DNA of 64,000 nucleotides. It comes from Acidimicrobiia bacterium. Its GTDB lineage: Bacteria; Actinomycetota; Acidimicrobiia; IMCC26256; JAENVU01. Below, piece after piece: positions 48,174 through 56,278 of the stretch (positions within the stretch are counted from its first letter, which is position 1; each line of letters starts with the position of its first letter). The notes beneath the pieces are model-generated. The model did not search any database and was not told the origin of the DNA. It saw only the letters and a program-made list of their open reading frames with translations. The stretch spans positions 71,403-135,402 of the forward strand of contig JBBSBV010000002.1 in NCBI GenBank assembly GCA_038250905.1, read 5' to 3'. The translations under genes and the position numbers were made by a program.

Positions 48174-49722
48174 TACCCGCACCGTCCACCTCCGCATGAT
48201 GGGCGCCGTCCTCGCCGGGATCGGGCTGTTCGTCTACACATCGCCGGCCGCGCCCGACGCCGAGTCGCTCGCCGCGGCCGCCCACGGCAACACCGCGACG
48301 CTGTCACCCGTGGTCGCCCGGGCCAAGGTCGCCCGAGGTAACGCGCGCCCCCAGGCTCGCGCCGGGACCGACGCCCTCGACGGCGGCCACGTCACCCTGA
48401 CCGCATCGCACCCGAGCGCGCCGACCGCCAAAGGTTCCGGGCACGGCACCGCGTTCGGCGCGTCGCGTACGTCGTCGGCGAAGCAGCGCTCGACTGCGAC
48501 CACCACCACGGCGCCGCAGGCGCCCACCACCACCACGACCATCCCGACGGCCGCGGCCGTCCACTGCAGCGACTTCCACTGGCAGCAGGACGCGCAGGCG
48601 GCGTACGTCGCCAACCTCGACGATCCGTACGGACTCGACGGCCCCCCGGGCCCGGCGAACGACGACGGCATCGCCTGCTCGCTCCTGCCCGTCGACCCGG
48701 AGCGACCGCCGTCCACCCCGGCCGGGGCCCGTCCGCCCGACCCGCCGAAGCCGGAGGGCCTGCCCGAGACACCGACCATCGAGCAGATCCTGGCGCCCAC
48801 CGACGACTACTACGGCGTCTCGACGCCCCAGGCCCCCTTCGACTGGAAGGACTTCCAGATCTTCTCCGCGGCGGCGCAGAAGCTGCCGAGCATGGTCCAG
48901 TTCTTCCAGGGCTGGGACCGCGAGTTCCCCCGCGACCAGGTGATCGAGACGTGGCGACGCGCCGCGCTGCCGGTGATCTCGTGGGAACCCCGGCCGACGG
49001 TCCAGCCGCTCGGACCCGACAGCGACAACACCTCGGCGCCGGGGTACGCGCTGTCGACGATCATCAACGGCGACCACGACGCCTACATCGACCGGTTCGC
49101 CACCGAGGTGCGCGATCTCGGCCTGCCCGTCGCGATCCGCTTCGCCCACGAGATGAACGGCAACTGGTTCCCGTGGAGTGAGGAGCGCAACGGCAACCAC
49201 GCGGGCGAGTACGTGGCCGCCTGGCGTCACGTCCACGACCGGTTCACTGCGCTCGGCGCCACCAACGCGGTCTGGATCTGGAGCCCCAATGTGATCACGG
49301 CCCGGCCGAGTGTGCGGCTCGCGCCGCTGTACCCGGGCGACGACTACGTCGACTGGATGGGGATGGTCGGCTACTACCGCCGGGTCTACGTCGACGACAA
49401 GGGTCAGCCGAAGGCCCCGACCTTCGCGAACACCTACGCCGGCACGATCGACGAGTTGCGCTCGGTGGCGGTGAAGCCGATCGTCATCACCGAACTCGGG
49501 GCGACCGAGGTGGGCGGCAACAAGCCCGCCTGGATCAACAGCGTGTTCCAGGGACTCAGGGACAACCCCGACATCATCGGGTTCGTCTGGTTCGACCACA
49601 GCGTGAACGGAACCGACTGGCGGATCGAGTCGTCGCGGGCCGCGAGCGACGCGTTCGCCGCCGACGTCGCCGACCCCCGCTACCAGGCCGGGAAAGTCCG
49701 ACCACCGAAACCCGGCACGTAG
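48166..49722 (+). CDS. membrane-anchored Excalibur-domain + GH26-like glycoside hydrolase
   Basis: TM anchor, Thr-rich linker, CSDFHWQQDAQAAY...LDGPPGPANDDGIACS (Excalibur-like Ca site). GH26-like landmarks: IRFAHEMNGNWFPWSE, WIWSPN, YPGDDYVDWMGMVGYY, VITELGA. The ATG overlaps the GT2 stop by 8 nt. Confidence 0.7.
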   Translation: MADTRTVHLRMMGAVLAGIGLFVYTSPAAPDAESLAAAAHGNTATLSPVVARAKVARGNARPQARAGTDALDGGHVTLTASHPSAPTAKGSGHGTAFGASRTSSAKQRSTATTTTAPQAPTTTTTIPTAAAVHCSDFHWQQDAQAAYVANLDDPYGLDGPPGPANDDGIACSLLPVDPERPPSTPAGARPPDPPKPEGLPETPTIEQILAPTDDYYGVSTPQAPFDWKDFQIFSAAAQKLPSMVQFFQGWDREFPRDQVIETWRRAALPVISWEPRPTVQPLGPDSDNTSAPGYALSTIINGDHDAYIDRFATEVRDLGLPVAIRFAHEMNGNWFPWSEERNGNHAGEYVAAWRHVHDRFTALGATNAVWIWSPNVITARPSVRLAPLYPGDDYVDWMGMVGYYRRVYVDDKGQPKAPTFANTYAGTIDELRSVAVKPIVITELGATEVGGNKPAWINSVFQGLRDNPDIIGFVWFDHSVNGTDWRIESSRAASDAFAADVADPRYQAGKVRPPKPGT

Positions 49723-49815
49723 GCGTTCCGCGCGACGGTCGCGGTCACGGCGCCGTCGGCACGGCACCGTCGTCATCGGGCGCCGTCCCGGTGACCGGCT
49801 GACATACTTCGCGAC

Positions 49816-50985
49816 ATGACCGAACATCGCACCCGTACGTCGCGCGCGCTCGTCGCCGCGGTCGTGACCGTGATCGCGCTCGCGGCCTGCTCGTCGAGCA
49901 CCTCGAAGGCGACGACCACGCCGTCGTCCTCGGCAACCGAGACGGCGGCGCCGTACGCGAAGCGAGGGCCGTACGCGACGGGCTACACCACGTTGCATCT
50001 CGCCGACGGCCGGCGCGTCGTGGTGTGGTACCCCGCAACACCCGGTAGGACCAAGGGGCACCAGCAGCAGGTCGTCGACATCACGAGCTTCCTGACGCCC
50101 GAGCTCCAGGCCCAGGTGCCCGCGGCCAGCCGCGTGCTGTACCGGGTGAACGCGTACGAGGGCGCGCCGCCGGTCACCGGCAAGGGCGCATTCCCGTTCG
50201 TGCTGTTCAGCCACGGGTTCGCCGGCTACCCCGAACAGTCGGTGGCGATCACCACCCATCTCGCGTCGTGGGGATTCGTGGTGGCCGCGCCGGATCATGT
50301 GGAGCGGTCACTCGACGGGCTGCTCGGGACGGCCGCCGCCGGCGTGGCGAAGTCAACCGACACCGATGTCCTCAAGGCGACGCTGACCGCCACCGAGACT
50401 GCCTCCGGGAAGTCCGGCGTCCTGCACGGACTCGTCGACCCGAAGCGGGTCGCGGCCATCGGCCACTCCGCCGGTGCGGGCGCGGCGTACACGTTCGCGT
50501 CGCAGAACCCGCAGCTGGTGAAGTCGTTCATCACCTACTCGGTCGGCTTCGGCGGCCAGGCCGGACCCGCGCCGGCCGCGCCGAAGCAGCCGGGGATGGT
50601 CATGCTCGGCACCACGGACGGCATCATCGAACCGGCGGCGAGCCGTGACGTCTACCACTCGATGAACCCACCCAAGTACCTGGTGGAGATCGCGGATGCC
50701 GGCCACCTCGTCTTCTCCGACATCTGCCTGATCGGCCGTGACTCGGGCGGGATCACCGGTATCGCCCGCGCCCTCAAACTCCCGATTCCGGAGGAGTTGC
50801 TGAAGCTCGGATCGGACGGTTGCACGCCGGACCATCCGCTCCCGGAGAAGTCGTTCCCGGCGATCAACCAGTTGAGCGTCGCGTTCCTCCGTTCGACCCT
50901 CGGGATCGACAAGCAGCCGGTCGGCATCGACACCGCCGCGGTCGCGCCCCTCGGCGGCGGGGTCACCGTCCAGCACCAGGGTTGA
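49816..50985 (+). CDS. lipoprotein alpha/beta hydrolase (PAF-acetylhydrolase/chlorophyllase-like)
   Basis: Lipobox IALAAC; FPFVLFSHGFAGYPEQ...WGFVVAAPDH; nucleophile elbow IGHSAGAG. Confidence 0.7.
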   Translation: MTEHRTRTSRALVAAVVTVIALAACSSSTSKATTTPSSSATETAAPYAKRGPYATGYTTLHLADGRRVVVWYPATPGRTKGHQQQVVDITSFLTPELQAQVPAASRVLYRVNAYEGAPPVTGKGAFPFVLFSHGFAGYPEQSVAITTHLASWGFVVAAPDHVERSLDGLLGTAAAGVAKSTDTDVLKATLTATETASGKSGVLHGLVDPKRVAAIGHSAGAGAAYTFASQNPQLVKSFITYSVGFGGQAGPAPAAPKQPGMVMLGTTDGIIEPAASRDVYHSMNPPKYLVEIADAGHLVFSDICLIGRDSGGITGIARALKLPIPEELLKLGSDGCTPDHPLPEKSFPAINQLSVAFLRSTLGIDKQPVGIDTAAVAPLGGGVTVQHQG

Positions 50986-51048
50986 CCGGTCGCCACCGCC
51001 GAAGACGCCCGCGCCGGCCGTCGGTCGCCGGCCCATAGTCTCAGGATC

Positions 51049-52197
51049 ATGCGCGAACGATTCCCCGGCATCGGCCCCGACTGGGCCCGGTTCGACGGCC
51101 CGGCGGGCACCCAGATGGTCGACGTCGCCATCGATGCCATCGACGACTTCCTGCGGTCCGGGGACAACGCCAACGGGCACGGCCTGTTCGCCGCGTCGGT
51201 CGCCAGCACCGAGTTGGTGGAGCGCTCGCGCGCCGAGGTCGCGCGCCTGATCGGCGGCGACGCCGATGGGATCGTCTTCGGCGCCAACATGACCACGCTG
51301 ACCTTCGCCTTCACCCGCGCGCTCGCCCGCGACTGGGCCGCCGGGGACGAGATCGTCGGGACCCGGCTCGACCACGACGCCAACGTCACCCCGTGGAACC
51401 TGGCGGCGGCCGACCGCGCGGCGGTGGTGCGGCTCGCGCCGTTCGACATCGCGACCGGCCGGCTCGACCCCGAAGCGGTCACGGCACTCATCGGTCCCCG
51501 TACCCGATGGGTCGCGATCACCGGAGCCTCCAACGCATTGGGCACGATGCCCGATCTCGCGCCGGTCGTCGCCGCCGCGCACACGCAGGGCGCCCGGGTG
51601 TTCGTCGACGGCGTGCACCTCGTGCCGCACGGCCCCGTCGACGTCCGGGCCATCGGCTGCGACGCCTTCGTCACCTCGCCGTACAAATGGTACGGACCGC
51701 ACGCCGGCGTGCTCTGGCTCACCGAGGAACTGCGCGACTCGGTCAGGCCGTACAAGGTGCGCCCGGCCGCGAATCGCGCCCCCGAGCGGTTCGAGACCGG
51801 CACGCTCTCGTTCGAGGCGCTGGCTGCCATCGACGCAGCCGCGTGTTTCCTCCTCGAGGCCGGCATCGACCGGGTGGCAGCCGACGAGGCCGAGGTGTTC
51901 GCACCACTGCTGGCCGGACTCCACGCCCGTGAGCAGGTGATCGTCCACGGCCCGTCCGACCTGGCGCATCGCACGCCCACCGTGAGCTTCTCGGTACGGG
52001 ACCGCAACCCTGACGAGATCGCCGCCCACCTCGCCTCGCGCCGCGTGGCGGTGTGGAGCGGCAACTACTACGCCGTCGAGACCATGGCCGCACTCGGTCT
52101 CGCCGAACACGGTGCGGTGCGGGCCGGGGTGTCGGCATACACGACGACCGCCGACGTCGACCGCCTGCTCGCCGCGCTCGACGAGCTGGCCGGATGA
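51049..52197 (+). CDS. class V aminotransferase / cysteine desulfurase-like protein
   Basis: FDGPAGTQMV...; FVDGVHLVPHGPVDV; PLP-lysine context SPYKWYGPHAGVLW. Confidence 0.8.
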   Translation: MRERFPGIGPDWARFDGPAGTQMVDVAIDAIDDFLRSGDNANGHGLFAASVASTELVERSRAEVARLIGGDADGIVFGANMTTLTFAFTRALARDWAAGDEIVGTRLDHDANVTPWNLAAADRAAVVRLAPFDIATGRLDPEAVTALIGPRTRWVAITGASNALGTMPDLAPVVAAAHTQGARVFVDGVHLVPHGPVDVRAIGCDAFVTSPYKWYGPHAGVLWLTEELRDSVRPYKVRPAANRAPERFETGTLSFEALAAIDAAACFLLEAGIDRVAADEAEVFAPLLAGLHAREQVIVHGPSDLAHRTPTVSFSVRDRNPDEIAAHLASRRVAVWSGNYYAVETMAALGLAEHGAVRAGVSAYTTTADVDRLLAALDELAG

Positions 52198-52253
52198 CGC
52201 CGTCGCCCCGCCCGAGGTGCACTCCCCCGCATCGGATCGGCTAAACCGGCGCC

Positions 52254-52991
52254 GTGTCTGTTGTCGGTTGGATCCTCCTCGCCTGCCTCGCGGTCGCGCT
52301 CGTCGGCGTCACCGTGGCGTGGACGCGCACGCGTTCGGCGCATGCCGCGGCGGCAGCCGAACTCGCCACCGAGCAGGCCGCCCACCAGGAGACCCGGCGG
52401 GACGTCGAACACCTCGAGACCCGGATGCGCACGCTGCGGGCCGAGCTGGCCGAGGCCCACCGCACCAACGCCGACCTCACCGCCAAGGTGGGACGAACCA
52501 ACCCCGCCGATGCCGCCCGTGCGCTCGGCCTCTGGGCGCTCGAGCGCCACCGGCAGGCCCGCATGGCCGGCACCCCGCTGCTCGGCCTCGCCGTCGGCCC
52601 CGGCATCGACCTGACCGCGACCCTCACCGAGGCCATCCGCGTCGAGCTCGAGGTGTTGCGGGAGGACGTCGGCACCCACGCCGAGCTCGCGACCGTCGAA
52701 CTCGGCAGTGGTATCGACGCCCGCGATGCGTTGACGGTGCTGCGCGTCGTGCAGGAACTGAGCGCGGTCCTCGCCAAGCGGGCGGACGAACTCGTCGTCT
52801 CGGTCGCCCGGGACGACGACATCACGGTGGTCACGATCTCGGCCGAGGGCTGGACCGACCCGGTGCCCACCGTCACCGCACTGGAATCGGGGCTCGGGGC
52901 GCTCGAGGGCACCCTCGAACTCAGGCCGGACCCCGAAACCGCCGACACCCTCCTCGCGACCGTTCGCATCGGAAGTGCCGACGACCACTAG
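52254..52991 (+). CDS. membrane-anchored coiled-coil protein with degenerate histidine-kinase-like C-terminus
   Basis: GTG start, TM, coiled coil. ALERHRQARMAGTPL aligns by eye to a HisKA_3 H box but has no His. VLRVVQELSAVLAKRADELVVSVARDDDITVVTISAEGW resembles an N-box region. Confidence 0.5.
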   Translation: MSVVGWILLACLAVALVGVTVAWTRTRSAHAAAAAELATEQAAHQETRRDVEHLETRMRTLRAELAEAHRTNADLTAKVGRTNPADAARALGLWALERHRQARMAGTPLLGLAVGPGIDLTATLTEAIRVELEVLREDVGTHAELATVELGSGIDARDALTVLRVVQELSAVLAKRADELVVSVARDDDITVVTISAEGWTDPVPTVTALESGLGALEGTLELRPDPETADTLLATVRIGSADDH

Positions 52992-53000
52992 GAAACGACC

Positions 53001-53897
53001 ATGGCGAGTGATCAGTCCGACGAGGAGCAGATCGACCGGTTCCTCGACCAGTTCCGGATCGACGATCCCAAGTCGTTCCGGCTCGCCGATCGCAACCCCG
53101 GCTCGACCGACGGGGTGCGAGACAAGAAGGCAGCCGCCGACCGTCTCCAACGGGGCATCGAGCGACTGAACGACCTGCAGACCCGGCTCGCCGCACAGCA
53201 GACCTACGGCTTGCTGCTCGTCCTCCAGGCGCTCGACGCCGCCGGGAAGGACGGCGCGATCCGCCACGTGATGACCGGCCTCAACCCGCAAGGGGTCCGG
53301 GTGGTGTCGTTCAAGTCACCCTCGACCGAGGAACTCGCCCACCATTACCTCTGGCGCATCAACCGGGACCTGCCACGTCGCGGTGAGATCGGGATCTTCA
53401 ACCGCTCGCACTACGAGGAGGTCCTCTCGGTGCGCGTCCATCCCGAGTTCCTCGACGCCCAGCACCTGCCGCCGAGCGCCACCAAGGACATCTGGAAGCG
53501 GCGCTTCCGCGAGATCAACGACTGGGAGCGGGCGCTGGTCGGGAGCGGCTTTCCGATCGTCAAGGTGTTCCTGCACATGTCGAAGGACGAGCAACGCCGC
53601 CGATTGCTGTCCCGCATCGACGAGCCGGCGAAGAACTGGAAGTTCTCGCCCCTGGACGTGAAGGAGCGTCAGTCCTGGGACGAGTACCAAGCCGTCTACG
53701 AGGACACGATCCGCAACACGAGCACGCCGGCCGCGCCCTGGTACGTGGTCCCGGCCGACGCGAAGTGGTTCGCCCGACTCGTGATCGCCGAGGCCGTCGC
53801 CGCCGCACTCATCGACATCGACCCGCAGTTCCCGACGCTGTCCGAGGAAGCACGGAGCGCGCTCGCGGCCGAGCGGGCCCAGCTCGAAGCGAGCTGA
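53001..53897 (+). CDS. ppk2: polyphosphate kinase 2 family protein
   Basis: LLLVLQALDAAGKDGAIRHV (Walker A-like), HYLWRINRDLPRRGEIGIFNRSHYEEVL, KFFLH-type lid region. Confidence 0.9.
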   Translation: MASDQSDEEQIDRFLDQFRIDDPKSFRLADRNPGSTDGVRDKKAAADRLQRGIERLNDLQTRLAAQQTYGLLLVLQALDAAGKDGAIRHVMTGLNPQGVRVVSFKSPSTEELAHHYLWRINRDLPRRGEIGIFNRSHYEEVLSVRVHPEFLDAQHLPPSATKDIWKRRFREINDWERALVGSGFPIVKVFLHMSKDEQRRRLLSRIDEPAKNWKFSPLDVKERQSWDEYQAVYEDTIRNTSTPAAPWYVVPADAKWFARLVIAEAVAAALIDIDPQFPTLSEEARSALAAERAQLEAS

Positions 53898-53909
53898 CGC
53901 GCCGGTCGG

Positions 53910-54056
53910 CTACGCGGCTTGCTGGACGCGGGCCTCCAGCGAGTCAACCTGTTCGTGGGCCCGGGCCCGGGCTTCGAGGACCGCGGTGACGTTGTCGAAC
54001 GCACCCTGGCCACCGACCCGGCGCAACAACGAGCTGAGGTTTGCGAATCGAGGCAT
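53910..54056 (-). CDS. small hypothetical protein (48 aa), not in the ORF track
   Basis: MPRFANLSSLLRRVGGQGAFDNVTAVLEARARAHEQVDSLEARVQQAA. AAGGAG lies 5 nt before the ATG; high GC3. An in-frame ATG at 54083 would give 57 aa but lacks an SD. Confidence 0.45.
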   Translation of the reverse strand: MPRFANLSSLLRRVGGQGAFDNVTAVLEARARAHEQVDSLEARVQQAA

Positions 54057-54243
54057 CGGAACTCCTTTCGTCATGGTCATCATGCGGGACCGACGTTGCC
54101 GTGACGTCTCGCGTCTTCGTCGCTCGGGTCAACAACAGGTGACATCTCCGTGACCACGCCACCTCGGACCCGTCCGCCCATCAGCGGTCCGAGCGCCGGG
54201 TGTCTAGATTCGGCGCCTTCATCCCTGGACCGCGGAGCCCACC

Positions 54244-55080
54244 ATGATCGTGCTCGTCACCGGAGGAAGCAGCGGGTTCGGTCTGCTCATCGCGAAGCGG
54301 TTCGCCGCGGCCGGAGACACGGTGGTCGCGACGATGCGCAATCCGGCGCGGGCCGACTCTGCACTCACCGACATCGCGGGCTGCGAGGTCATCGCCCTCG
54401 ACGTGACCGATCAGGCGTCGGTCGACGCCGCGGTGTCCCACACGCTCGCCGCCCACGGCCGGATCGACGTACTCGTCAACAACGCGGGTATCGGCCTACG
54501 GGGTGCGATCGAGACCGTGACCGACGCCGCGGCCAAGGATCTCTTCGAGACCAACTTCTTCGGCGCGCTGCGGATGATCCGCGCGGTGCTGCCGGGCATG
54601 CGGGAGCAGCAGTTGGGCGTCATCGTGAACGTGTCGTCGTTGGCCGGCATCGTCACCCCACCCTTCGAGGGCATCTACGCCGCGAGCAAATATGCGCTCG
54701 AGGCGGTGACCGAGGCGATGCACTACGAACTCGGTCCGTTCGGGGTGCGCGCCCATCTCGTCGAACCCGGTCGCTTCCCCACCACCGCGTTCGCCACCAG
54801 CCGGGTCGATGCGCCGATCGACTCCTACCTCACGCTGTTCGAACGGTGGGAGACCGTCTTCGACGCCATGGGAGCCGACGCCCCGCCCGCCGACCCGCAG
54901 CGCGTGGCCGATGCGGTGTTCGAGGTCGCGTCCGATCCGACCGCACCGCTGCGCCGCCTGGTGGGCGACGACGCCGAGCTGCTCGGCGCGCTGCGGAACC
55001 AACTCGACGACGTGACCTTCGAACGGACCGTCCGCGGCACCCTCGACTTCTGGGACGGCGCCCGCGCGCCGGTTGTGTAG
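54244..55080 (+). CDS. SDR-family oxidoreductase
   Basis: IVLVTGGSSGFGLLIA, NNAG, YAASKYAL. Confidence 0.85.
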   Translation: MIVLVTGGSSGFGLLIAKRFAAAGDTVVATMRNPARADSALTDIAGCEVIALDVTDQASVDAAVSHTLAAHGRIDVLVNNAGIGLRGAIETVTDAAAKDLFETNFFGALRMIRAVLPGMREQQLGVIVNVSSLAGIVTPPFEGIYAASKYALEAVTEAMHYELGPFGVRAHLVEPGRFPTTAFATSRVDAPIDSYLTLFERWETVFDAMGADAPPADPQRVADAVFEVASDPTAPLRRLVGDDAELLGALRNQLDDVTFERTVRGTLDFWDGARAPVV

Positions 55081-55104
55081 CGCCCGCGCGCCGGTCGTGG
55101 AGCC

Positions 55105-56088
55105 CTAGGGGCCGAAGTCGCGTTGCAACGTGAAGCGGCCGCGGCTCTTGCGGACCACGGCCTCGATCCGTCCGTCGGCGTGCCGATCCGACTTCAGGTA
55201 GCGGTCCCAGAAGGCCGTGGTCATCGCGTAGACCGCCGGCGCCTCGGGCCCCGGTGGCACCTCGAAGGGCGGCGCGTGCGTGGAACCGTGGAGGGTGACG
55301 AACCACTTCGGCGGACTCAGTTCCGGGTAGGCGTCCGCGCTGTTGTGGTAGCCGACGTCGGCGTCGCCCTGGACGAGGAACACCGGCGCCCGGTTCGGCT
55401 CGTACTCGTCATCGGGGAACTGACGGCGCACCGCGGCCATGAGGATCGCAGCGCCGATACGCCGATCCCGACAGCACGTGTTCGAGACGAGTCCGTAGAC
55501 GGCGAGACCACCGAGCGACATGCCCGCGGCCCCGACCCGGCGAGGATCGATCCGACCGGCGAGCAGCCCGGACGAGGCCCGACTCCGATCGATCAACGCA
55601 CCGACCACGAAGCTCAGGTCGCGGGCCTGGTCCGCCGACTCGGATCGCAACGAGTTCCCGTCGGCGTCCTTCTTGGTGGTCGGGAACTTCGGGGCTGCGA
55701 CCACGTATCCGGCATCGGCCCACGCGTCGAGCAGCGCCGCGAGCGACCTCGGATCTCCGTCGAGTCCGTGCGCGACCACGATCAGCGGTCGTGGTGCCTT
55801 CGACGTGGTCGGCACGCGGATCTCGGTCGGCAGAATCCGGCACGCCATCGCCCGCCGTCCGGGAATCCCGGGCGTGGCGCGTTCGCGGTCGACGAACACC
55901 ATCGTGGTGTCGATCACCCCACTCGCGTCCCGAGTCGCGTCCGGGCCCGCCGCCTCGGACGGCGTGGGCTCGGTCGGACAGTCTGCGGCGGCGGATCCTC
56001 GCGGCGGTCGGGCGCCCGCGCTGGTGCCACACCCGGAGCCCAGGAGGGCCAGCGCAAGGAGGAGGGTGAGGGCCGGACGCAGCTTCAT
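55105..56088 (-). CDS. lipoprotein alpha/beta hydrolase (dienelactone hydrolase/PAF-AH-like)
   Basis: Lipobox LLGSGC; LIVVAHGLDGDP...AGYVVAAPKF; nucleophile elbow GMSLGG. Same family pattern as 49816-50985. Confidence 0.7.
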   Translation of the reverse strand: MKLRPALTLLLALALLGSGCGTSAGARPPRGSAAADCPTEPTPSEAAGPDATRDASGVIDTTMVFVDRERATPGIPGRRAMACRILPTEIRVPTTSKAPRPLIVVAHGLDGDPRSLAALLDAWADAGYVVAAPKFPTTKKDADGNSLRSESADQARDLSFVVGALIDRSRASSGLLAGRIDPRRVGAAGMSLGGLAVYGLVSNTCCRDRRIGAAILMAAVRRQFPDDEYEPNRAPVFLVQGDADVGYHNSADAYPELSPPKWFVTLHGSTHAPPFEVPPGPEAPAVYAMTTAFWDRYLKSDRHADGRIEAVVRKSRGRFTLQRDFGP

Positions 56089-56278
56089 GAGTGTGCTCCC
56101 AGGGTACGCAGTGGTCTGACGCGGTCGCGGCGCGCCCCTTCTCTAACCTGCCCGTATCGAACCCGCCTCGGGCAGCAGGCCCCGTACCCGAAGTCTGATT
56201 GCCGGTGCCCTGCTGGCGGCGCTCCTGTCGAGCATCGCGGTCGGCCTGCTCACGCATCTGTGGGACCAACCACTCCAT

